A stretch of 62,718 bases of DNA from assembly GCA_037969415.1 (NCBI GenBank), contig JBBKXI010000212.1:1-62718 (forward strand), given 5' to 3'. The stretch is from Acidimicrobiia bacterium (GTDB lineage: Bacteria > Actinomycetota > Acidimicrobiia > Spongiisociales > ZC4RG35). Below are positions 56,397-62,718 of this stretch, in pieces (positions within the stretch are counted from its first letter, which is position 1; every line of letters starts with the position of its first letter). Both the position numbers and the translations under genes were made by a program. The notes below the pieces were generated by a model. That model saw only the letters and a list, made by a program, of their open reading frames with translations, was not told the origin of the DNA and searched no databases.

Positions 56397-57290
56397 ATGA
56401 CCACTGAGATCGAACGCGCTGGCGCACGCCACAGGAGACGTCTGACTGTGGCACTCCTGCTTGTGGTCACTTACGCAGTCGTACAGCTGGTCGTCGCCCT
56501 GGCCACCAATTCACTATCGCTTCTGTCGGACGCTGGGCACATGGGCACCGACTCGCTAGGGCTTGCCATGGCACTTGCTGCCATTGCGACAGCTAGCCGC
56601 GCCCAGCGCAAGGACAATCGAACGTTCGGTTGGTACCGACTGGAGATACTCGCCGCGCTGGCAAATTCGGTACTTCTACTCGGGATTGCGGCCTTTGCGA
56701 TCTACGAAGGAATTATTCGGCTCTCCGAACCTGTCGCCCTCATCGCTCTTCCCGTTCTCTTTGTTGCGATCGGGGGTCTGATCGTCAACCTGGTGAGTGT
56801 TTGGTTGCTTCGGTCCGGCGCCAAGGAGAGTCTCAATGTCGAAGGCGCCTACAACGAGGTCCTAGCCGACCTCGCCGGTTCGGTCGGAGTGATCGCCGTG
56901 GCCATCATTTATCTCACCACCGAATTTGCCTACGCCGACCCGATTGTTGCTATAGCCATTGGTCTGTGGATCGTTCCTCGAGCGATACGCCTCGGACGCA
57001 AGGCACTCTCCGTGCTCGTCGAATCCGCACCCGATCACATTGACCTAGAAGCGATGACGTTGAGTCTCAGCTCGATTGAAGGTGTCGTAGACGTGCACGA
57101 CCTTCACGTGTGGACTCTGACTTCTGATATGGATGTCGCCACCGCCCACATCGTGATCGCCGACGGTGTGGCATCGCATGATGTCCTGGATAGTGCGGGT
57201 GCCCGGCTACGGGAAACGTTTGGAATCGCTCATGCAACCCTTCAGGTCGAGCCCGAAAGCCATTCCGAATGTATTGAACAGACCTGGTGA
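56397..57290 (+). CDS. Cation diffusion facilitator (CzcD/ZitB-type) metal efflux transporter
   Basis: 297 aa with 6 TM, SLLSDAGHMGTD and LADLAGSVGV metal-site motifs, and a C-terminal cytoplasmic domain. Confidence 0.9.
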   Translation: MTTEIERAGARHRRRLTVALLLVVTYAVVQLVVALATNSLSLLSDAGHMGTDSLGLAMALAAIATASRAQRKDNRTFGWYRLEILAALANSVLLLGIAAFAIYEGIIRLSEPVALIALPVLFVAIGGLIVNLVSVWLLRSGAKESLNVEGAYNEVLADLAGSVGVIAVAIIYLTTEFAYADPIVAIAIGLWIVPRAIRLGRKALSVLVESAPDHIDLEAMTLSLSSIEGVVDVHDLHVWTLTSDMDVATAHIVIADGVASHDVLDSAGARLRETFGIAHATLQVEPESHSECIEQTW

Positions 57291-57501
57291 ACGTCTCCGC
57301 TGGCGATCAGATACACGTCAGGTGCGATTCCCATAGATCCTCGGTAAAAAGTTCCAATAGTTTGTGCCGACGGAACTTCTGGTTTCACGCTCCAGGAAAG
57401 AACTCTGACTCGATTGCCACCCGGTGTGTTGTACCGTTCTGAGCGTTAACGCACCGTCAGCGTGGATGGACCTTCATAAGAAAGTCCGGTATTACGCATC
57501 G

Positions 57502-57590
57502 GGAGGGGTGTCCGAGCGGTCGAAGGAGACGGTCTTGAAAACCGTTGGGCTCTGTTAAGGGTCTCGTGGGTTCAAATCCCACCCCCTCCG
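57502..57590 (+). tRNA. tRNA-Ser (anticodon UGA)
   Basis: Anticodon loop CTTGAAA, class II variable arm. It is followed by the hairpin TGTGTCGGA/TCCGACACA. Confidence 0.9.
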
Positions 57591-57617
57591 CGTGTGTCGG
57601 ATGGAATCCGACACAAT

Positions 57618-57669
57618 GAAGTTTGAGCAGGCTCAAACTCTGGGCGAATGAAATCCGCCGCAATCGAGT
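57618..57669 (+). repeat. tRNA-Ser trailer element, copy B
   Basis: GAAGTTTGAGCAGGCTCAAACTCTGGGCGAATGAAATCCGCCGCAATCGAGT. It matches copy A at roughly 85 percent by eye. Confidence 0.7.
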
Positions 57670-57690
57670 ACGGCTTGGATTCCGGATAAG

Positions 57691-57719
57691 AAAAAGACCC
57701 CGCAGGTGCGGGGTCTTTT
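57691..57719. terminator. Bidirectional intrinsic terminator
   Basis: AAAAAGACCCCGC-aggt-GCGGGGTCTTTT, with an A-run and T-run flanking a 9-bp GC-rich stem. It lies between the plus-strand tRNA trailer and minus-strand csbD. Confidence 0.8.
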
Positions 57720-57739
57720 CCCTTTTGAGCTAGATCTCG

Positions 57740-57931
57740 TTAAGCGTTGAGACGCTTCTCGATTTCTTCCTGAGTCTCGCCGGTCTTCTCTTTGATCTTG
57801 CCGATCATCTCGTCGTAGTTTCCTTCGGCGACGTCAAGGTCATCATCCGTGAGGTTGCCCCACGCCTGCTTAGCCTTGCCCTTGAGTTGGTCCCAGCGAC
57901 CTTCCCATTTCGTCTGTGTTGCATCTTGCAT
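57740..57931 (-). CDS. CsbD-family stress response protein
   Basis: MQDATQTKWEGRWDQLKGKAKQAWGNLTDDDL.... ATG at 57931 with an AAAGGA RBS is preferred over the track GTG at 57952. Confidence 0.85.
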   Translation of the reverse strand: MQDATQTKWEGRWDQLKGKAKQAWGNLTDDDLDVAEGNYDEMIGKIKEKTGETQEEIEKRLNA

Positions 57932-57966
57932 GAGCGATCCTTTCGTCGTCACGTTCTAACTAGGAC

Positions 57967-57992
57967 ATACCCGATTGAGCGTCTGTTTAAAC
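57967..57992 (-). promoter_or_regulatory. SigB/SigF-type promoter of csbD-family gene
   Basis: Minus strand GTTTAA-N14-GGGTAT, an exact match to the B. subtilis SigB consensus hexamers. Confidence 0.55.
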
Positions 57993-58079
57993 GGTGAGAA
58001 CAGGCAAAGTACAAGGGCCGGGTTCGGGCTATTTGGTGTGAGGGCGGTAACTTGTACCGATACAGCGATGCTGTTGTTC

Positions 58080-58172
58080 GGAGAGGTGGCCGAGTGGTCG
58101 AAGGCGCTCGCCTGCTAAGCGAGTAAGGGGTTATAAATCTCTTCGAGGGTTCAAATCCCTCCCTCTCCGCCA
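58080..58172 (+). tRNA. tRNA-Ser (anticodon GCU)
   Basis: Anticodon loop CTGCTAA, class II. It is the only tRNA in the window with an encoded 3' CCA. Confidence 0.9.
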
Positions 58173-58233
58173 AGTTAGTGGACCGCGCAGCCGGCCGAAG
58201 CGCGGCCTTGCAGTTCTGCGAGGTACCAGTACC

Positions 58234-58259
58234 GGTTTGCCCGGTATGGAATCTGGGTA
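58234..58259 (+). promoter_or_regulatory. SigB/SigF-type promoter upstream of mscS-otsA-otsB
   Basis: GTTTGC-N14-GGGTAG. The -10 ends 8-11 nt before the TTG/ATG at 58268/58271, so the mRNA may be leaderless. Confidence 0.45.
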
Positions 58260-58267
58260 GTTAGCCC

Positions 58268-59152
58268 TTGATGATCCCGCTTCCTGTCCTTGTGTTCGCC
58301 CAGACCGACCCGGCCGCGGACGACACCATCGGTCAACTAGGTCGACTGTCGGCGGCCGACTGGATCGTCGCTGCTTCGATCATCGTTGGCGCGGTGGCGT
58401 TCGGGCTAATCCTTCGAACAGTTACATCGAGACTGTTGACTGAGCGCAGTGGCCCGCTGGTCGCCCAATTGGTCTCCCGGCTGGTTTTTGCCCTTCTGCT
58501 GGCCATTGGCTTTGTCTACGCCCTCAATTTCGTGGGCGTTTCGATAGGTCCGCTACTTGGCCTGCTCGGTCTCCTCGGTCTTGCCTTCGCACTGGCATTT
58601 CAGGAGGTTCTCGGCAATTTCATCGCCGGCATCATGCTGTCGCTGCAACGACCTTTTCGGATCGGCGATGAAATCAGAACTGCCGGGTACGACGGAACGG
58701 TCGAAGAAGTTAGCCTTCGTAGCACCACCATCCGTACCTTCGACGGGGTTCAGGTGTTTGTACCCAACTCGACCGTGTGGGAGGAGCCGATCGAGAACCA
58801 TACGACACTTGGCGCCCGACGGACGACCATTGAGATGGGTGTGGGTTATGACTCCGACCTCGACGCGGTTTAGGCCAATCTGCTGGAAACGATGGAGGCA
58901 ATCGAAGGTATCAAGGCCGAGCCCCGCCCTCAGGCTTATGTGTATGAGTTCGGAGAAAACAGCATCAATTTTGCGGTCAGATTCTGGCACGACTCACAGA
59001 TATCGACAGAGTGGGAAGTGCGCGATCTTCTTGCGCGGCGGATGAAGGAAGAGCTTGATCGCACCGGCATCGATATCCCGTTCCCACAGATGGTGTTGCA
59101 CATGGTGTCTGGATCCAGCCAAGACTCCATCCAAGAATCGCCGAGAACTTAG
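58268..59152 (+). pseudogene. MscS-family mechanosensitive channel with an in-frame TAG
   Basis: ORFs 58268-58873 and 58892-59152 are in the same frame. TAG at 58871-58873 interrupts ...GVGYDSDLDAV*ANLLETMEAIEGIKAEPRP.... The flanks carry the pore helix (FQEVLGNFIAGIMLSLQRPFRIGD) and the C-terminal domain (NFAVRFW). Confidence 0.65.
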
Positions 59153-59165
59153 CTTCGCCATCGAG

Positions 59166-60566
59166 ATGGATCGGCGTAGGCTCAGCACTATCAGCCAGAG
59201 GATCATTGTCGCCGCCAATCGGTTGCCGGTCAGTCGTGTTGGGGATGAGTGGCAACGAAGTCCCGGAGGCCTGGTCAGCGCCCTTACTCCTATCCTTCAG
59301 GAATCGGACGGTGTATGGATTGGGTGGGGCGGTTCGGTCGACGACGATCTAGAGCCTTTCCGTCACGATGGGATCGAACATATACCTGTGGCGATGTCGC
59401 CTGAGGAAATTGAAAATCACTACCTCGGGTTCAGTAACGAAACCATTTGGCCGCTCTTCCACGATGCCATCCGCACCCCGGACTATCACCGTCATTGGTG
59501 GCGGACCTATAAGGAGGTCAACCGTCGGTTCGCCGAAGCGATTGTGTCAGCCACGAAACCCGATGACCTGATTTGGATCCATGACTACCAGCTTCTTCTA
59601 GTTCCCGGCATAGTCCGTGAACTGGCGCCCGAACTCGAATCGCGATTCTTCCTTCATATCCCGTTTCCCCCTGTAGAGCTTTATGCCCGTCTTCCTTGGC
59701 GGACCCAGGTAATAGAAGGAATGTTGGGCGCCGACGTAGTCGGGTTCCAGACCAAAAGAGGAGCGGGGAACTTTACGAATGCAGCGTTGGCATTCACCGA
59801 CGCTGAAACAACCGATCGCGGCCTGAGGCTCAACGGGCACGATTCAAAAGTGGTTGCGACTCCAATCTCGATCGAAACCGACAAGTTCGAAAAGCTTGCT
59901 GCCTCCGAGTCGACACAGACAATGGTTCAGCAAATTCGGAACGACCTAGGGAATCCGGAGGTGATTCTGCTTGGCGCGGATCGGCTTGATTACACCAAGG
60001 GTATCAATGTGAGGCTGCGGGCTTTCGAAACCCTTCTTGACCGTGATCCCGGCCTGGCTGATCGACTGAAGTTCGTCCAAATTGGAGTCCCATCCCGGAC
60101 GTCGATTGGAGATTATGCGGCGATGAAACAGGAGATCGAGCAGATCGCCGGTCGGATCAACAGCATGTACGGATCGAGGCACAAGCTCCCTGTCCACTAC
60201 ATCTATGAGTCCCTGACTCCCGCCGATTTGGTCGCCTACTACAGCGCAGCCGATGTCATGGTGGTGACACCTTTTGCAGACGGAATGAACCTGGTGGCCA
60301 AAGAGTACGTGGCCAGTCGAATCCACGGCGGTGGCGTGTTGCTCCTCAGCGAATTTGCCGGAGCTGCCCAAGAGTTCCGTGATGCCCTTTTGGTGAATCC
60401 GTACGACATAGATGGGATGGCGTCGTGGATGATGAAGGCGATAACCATGGAACCAGAAGAAGGTCATCGGCGGATGGAGTCGATGCGCCGTGTCGTGAAG
60501 AAGCATGACGTCCACCTGTGGGCGCATCTCGCTCTCGGATCCGACCTCGACCCGGCTCCACACTAG
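59166..60566 (+). CDS. otsA: Alpha,alpha-trehalose-phosphate synthase (GT20)
   Basis: IIVAANRLPVSR...GGLVSAL...IWIHDYQLLLVP...DGMNLVAKEY. Start set to the ATG at 59166; the track ORF begins at 59055, inside mscS. Confidence 0.9.
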   Translation: MDRRRLSTISQRIIVAANRLPVSRVGDEWQRSPGGLVSALTPILQESDGVWIGWGGSVDDDLEPFRHDGIEHIPVAMSPEEIENHYLGFSNETIWPLFHDAIRTPDYHRHWWRTYKEVNRRFAEAIVSATKPDDLIWIHDYQLLLVPGIVRELAPELESRFFLHIPFPPVELYARLPWRTQVIEGMLGADVVGFQTKRGAGNFTNAALAFTDAETTDRGLRLNGHDSKVVATPISIETDKFEKLAASESTQTMVQQIRNDLGNPEVILLGADRLDYTKGINVRLRAFETLLDRDPGLADRLKFVQIGVPSRTSIGDYAAMKQEIEQIAGRINSMYGSRHKLPVHYIYESLTPADLVAYYSAADVMVVTPFADGMNLVAKEYVASRIHGGGVLLLSEFAGAAQEFRDALLVNPYDIDGMASWMMKAITMEPEEGHRRMESMRRVVKKHDVHLWAHLALGSDLDPAPH

Positions 60567-60570
60567 GACA

Positions 60571-61359
60571 GTGGGAAGCGACCGGCATCAGTCAGCGGGG
60601 CTTCCTGATGCAATCGGGTCTATCGAGGCAATCCAAAACGAATTGGGGCCCAACCCGGTTGTTTTCCTCGACTTTGACGGAACTCTGTCACCGATCGTTG
60701 CCCACTACGACGATGCTGGCATCGATTCCTCGGTCCGTGCCACTCTGTCGGATCTGAGGGACCAGTTTTCCGTTGTGATTATCAGTGGTCGGGCCGCCGC
60801 CGACGTCCGACAAAGGGTGGGCCTCCCAGGGATCATCTACGCCGGAAGTCACGGTCAGGAGATTGAATATCCGGATGGAGCTAAATACGTGCATCCGGAT
60901 TCTTCGCATGCACGAGAAGAACTCGATCGTGCTGAACAGGCCCTTCGGCTTCAGCTGGGGCGGCTAGAAAGCATCAACCTGGAACGAAAGCCTTTTGGCT
61001 TGGCGGTTCACACCCGCGGGGCCGCCGGCGAAGGCGAGCGCCTCGAGGCGGTGGCGAAGACGGAAGAATTGGCCAAGGGCTTTCCTGGCCTGGTCCTCCG
61101 AACCGGCAAGGAGGTGGTCGAACTTCGCCCCGGCACCGAGTGGCACAAAGGGTCTGCCATCGAGCATTTGTGCCAGGGTTTCGATAACCAGATCCCTCTG
61201 TTCGTTGGTGACGACGAGACCGACGAGGACGGATTTGTTGTGGTCAATCATCTCGAAGGCGTGAGTGTCCTCGTGTCTCCGACCCCGGAGCGCCGTACCA
61301 GTGCCCGATTCTCCCTTGTCGATACCGAAGCAGTGGCCGCATTCTTACGAATTCTGTAG
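60571..61359 (+). CDS. otsB: Trehalose-phosphatase (HAD)
   Basis: VFLDFDGTLSPIV motif I, and GDDETDEDGF. The GTG at 60571 lies just after the otsA stop; the track start at 60505 overlaps otsA. Confidence 0.85.
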   Translation: MGSDRHQSAGLPDAIGSIEAIQNELGPNPVVFLDFDGTLSPIVAHYDDAGIDSSVRATLSDLRDQFSVVIISGRAAADVRQRVGLPGIIYAGSHGQEIEYPDGAKYVHPDSSHAREELDRAEQALRLQLGRLESINLERKPFGLAVHTRGAAGEGERLEAVAKTEELAKGFPGLVLRTGKEVVELRPGTEWHKGSAIEHLCQGFDNQIPLFVGDDETDEDGFVVVNHLEGVSVLVSPTPERRTSARFSLVDTEAVAAFLRIL

Positions 61360-61401
61360 AGGGGCTGGGGGTTTTGGGGAGAGGGCATGCCCCTCTACAG
61401 A
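61353..61401. terminator. Hairpin between convergent otsB and dps
   Basis: TCTGTAGAGGGGC ... GCCCCTCTACAGA forms a 13-bp stem with a 23-nt loop. Confidence 0.5.
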
Positions 61402-61414
61402 AATCTGACGTCCC

Positions 61415-62020
61415 TTAAGTGATCGGAACAGGGTCGCCGGATCGATCTTCGACCAACTCAACTCCACTTTGGATCCGAGCGGCCTCGACAGCTGCATCCA
61501 GCTCATTGTCCATGTCGCCAGTAATGAGGTTACCGCCTGTGTCTTCAAGATGAGCCCGGATGAACCAATGGTTGAGGTCGAGCTTGCCCGTTTGCCCAAC
61601 GATGAGATCCTGAGAAACCAGGTCGGTCTCGCCGATCTCAGCGGCGGCTTCTCGATGTTCTGCACATACCCGGGCGTACGTCTGGTCGAGGGCCCCGAGG
61701 TGCGCAGCTACAGGAGCGCGGCCCAGAGCGTAATCGCTGCTCTGGGATCGCATCTTGGTTACTTCTCCGGCCAGTCCAGCGGCAACGCCGCCCATGGTGG
61801 TGATTCTTTCGGCGACGCCATCTACCAAATCGCGAACCACTTCGGTCTGCTGATCCATCATCTCGTGGATTGCGATAAAACCGGCGCCACTCACATTCCA
61901 GTGAACATGTTTCAGTGTCAGAGAGAGATCGATCAAGTCGGCCAGTCTCTCCTGGAGGATCTGATTGACGGTGTCTGCGTCTGATGTAGAAATCCCTGCC
62001 GGTGCAAAATTTGATTCCAT
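61415..62020 (-). CDS. dps: Dps-family DNA-binding ferritin-like protein
   Basis: LTLKHVHWNVSGAGFIAIHEMMDQQ... ferroxidase-site His/Asp/Glu pattern, about 200 aa with a C-terminal extension. RBS AAAGGAG. Confidence 0.9.
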   Translation of the reverse strand: MESNFAPAGISTSDADTVNQILQERLADLIDLSLTLKHVHWNVSGAGFIAIHEMMDQQTEVVRDLVDGVAERITTMGGVAAGLAGEVTKMRSQSSDYALGRAPVAAHLGALDQTYARVCAEHREAAAEIGETDLVSQDLIVGQTGKLDLNHWFIRAHLEDTGGNLITGDMDNELDAAVEAARIQSGVELVEDRSGDPVPIT

Positions 62021-62049
62021 GTGCTGCTCCTTTGCCTACTTCTGGGGTT

Positions 62050-62075
62050 TTACCCGATTCGGGCAACGTATAAAC
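62050..62075 (-). promoter_or_regulatory. SigB/SigF-type promoter of dps
   Basis: Minus strand GTTTAT-N14-GGGTAA, about 24 nt of 5' UTR before the ATG at 62020. Confidence 0.5.
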
Positions 62076-62079
62076 AGCG

Positions 62080-62244
62080 CTACTCCTTGTAGCCGGCGGC
62101 ATATGCGGCATGGCCTTGTTTGGCCGCCCTATCTTTGGCCACATCCCGAGACTTCTTGTTGCCCGACGTATAACGGTATTTCTTACCGCTTTTGCCCCAT
62201 TGGTATTAGGGGCCATCGTTGTCTTCCAGGCGACGAACAGGCAT
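62080..62244 (-). pseudogene. Small basic protein gene with in-frame TAA after codon 12
   Basis: A strong RBS GAGAAGGAGAGG is followed by ATG (62244). The frame reads MPVRRLEDNDGP*YQWGKSGKKYRYTSGNKKSRDVAKDRAAKQGHAAYAAGYKE*, with TAA at 62206-62208. There is no in-frame start after the stop except a late GTG. Confidence 0.5.
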
Positions 62245-62260
62245 GTTGCCTCTCCTTCTC

Positions 62261-62297
62261 AATGCGGAAGGGCCGGGTGGACCGGCCCTTCCGCATT
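62261..62297. terminator. Perfect 16-bp hairpin downstream of the PRC-barrel gene
   Basis: AATGCGGAAGGGCCGG-gtgga-CCGGCCCTTCCGCATT. The T-run (TTTT) follows it only on the plus strand. Confidence 0.6.
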
Positions 62298-62307
62298 TTC
62301 CAGGTGT

Positions 62308-62673
62308 CTAACGGATTGCTTCGTCCCAATAGGGCGTGCTGTCGTAATAGTGGTAGATGTCGGCTACCCAGGCGTTGTCTGAGGCATCGGGCCAGTTGTC
62401 CTTGTCGAACCCTGGAGCGTTCGCTAACAACTCCTTGTCAACGTTGAGGACTACTTCTTTGTTGTCCATGTCGACACGAAGACGGTCCCAAGGGATCGCG
62501 AAAAATTTGTTGCCCATCCCCAAGAGTCCTCCGGAAGCGAGTACAGCGTATGCGATTCTGCCTCGGTCGAGATCGAGCACGATTTCTTCGATCTTTCCCA
62601 GGTCATCGCCTTCGGCGTTCCTGACGGTGTCTCCGGTGATGGTCGTTGCGCTAAGAGCGTTGGTCATTGTCAT
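62308..62673 (-). CDS. PRC-barrel domain protein
   Basis: 121 aa with GDDLGKIEEIVLDLDRGRIAYAVLASGG...FFAIPW typical of PRC-barrel stress proteins. Confidence 0.85.
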   Translation of the reverse strand: MTMTNALSATTITGDTVRNAEGDDLGKIEEIVLDLDRGRIAYAVLASGGLLGMGNKFFAIPWDRLRVDMDNKEVVLNVDKELLANAPGFDKDNWPDASDNAWVADIYHYYDSTPYWDEAIR

Positions 62674-62706
62674 GTTTGGTTTCCTTTCGCTTTCGTTGTT
62701 GTGTAG

Positions 62707-62712
62707 TTACCC
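62707..62712 (-). promoter_or_regulatory. GGGTAA -10 element upstream of PRC-barrel gene (the -35 position falls outside the window)
   Basis: Minus strand cgaacGGGTAAc lies 34 nt upstream of the ATG at 62673. The expected -35 position (62727-62732) is beyond the window end. Confidence 0.3.
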
Positions 62713-62718
62713 GTTCGC

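Noticed and set aside
58871-62208. Stop-codon reassignment or programmed recoding to explain the in-frame TAG and TAA
   Set aside because: TAG, TAA and TGA each terminate several well-supported genes in the window (for example TAG for otsA and the VWA gene, TAA for sco and the Fur-family gene, TGA for moxR). No recoding signals are evident.
61638-62216. 192-aa minus-strand ORF overlapping dps and the small basic gene
   Set aside because: It is out of frame with Dps, which has clear ferritin-like motifs. Its first residues are just a frame-shifted reading of the small basic gene region.

Overview
GC-rich chromosomal segment that looks like core genome of an actinobacterium. The lineage call is an inference from gene content only: CrgA, the FhaA-FhaB-PP2C-RodA-PbpA-PknB cell-wall cluster, deazaflavin/PNPOx-type enzymes, lone tRNA-Ile/tRNA-Ala outside rRNA operons, and apparently leaderless starts. 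I support about 60 protein genes, 8 tRNAs (including all four tRNA-Ser isoacceptors within 2.3 kb, near serS and tadA), an SRP RNA, several intrinsic terminators and several promoter/operator candidates. I saw no CRISPR array, transposase, integrase or recognisable defence genes.

Main blocks, left to right:
- S1C protease-MoxR-DUF58-VWA operon, a secreted S1 protease, and a two-component system
- Lon protease
- Divergent Fur-family-regulated metal ABC importer
- ClC and BASS transporters, and a thiolase
- TetR-headed operon with two alpha/beta hydrolase paralogues (one fused to a GT-B glycosyltransferase), a GT-C/GT39 membrane glycosyltransferase and a nitrilase
- Sco-PCuAC-CtaG copper delivery genes
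- crgA and the PknB cell-division cluster
- ABC-2 exporter, serS, SRP RNA and the tRNA-Ser cluster
- Terminal stress island: CsbD, MscS, OtsA/OtsB, Dps, a small basic protein and a PRC-barrel protein

Most notable observations:
1. A SigB/SigF-type promoter architecture (GTTTnn-N14-GGGTAn, spacer always 14 nt) sits in front of the stress-island genes and two other stress-like genes.
2. The TetR operon contains an alpha/beta hydrolase with Cys at the nucleophile position fused to a glycosyltransferase, next to a GT-C enzyme.
3. An HtrA-like protease is translationally coupled to MoxR-DUF58-VWA.
4. A conserved roughly 52-nt element lies in the 3' trailers of two tRNA-Ser genes.
5. Four otherwise well-conserved genes carry single lesions: two 1-nt frameshifts and two in-frame stops.

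All functional calls come from motif recognition by eye. No database search was run.
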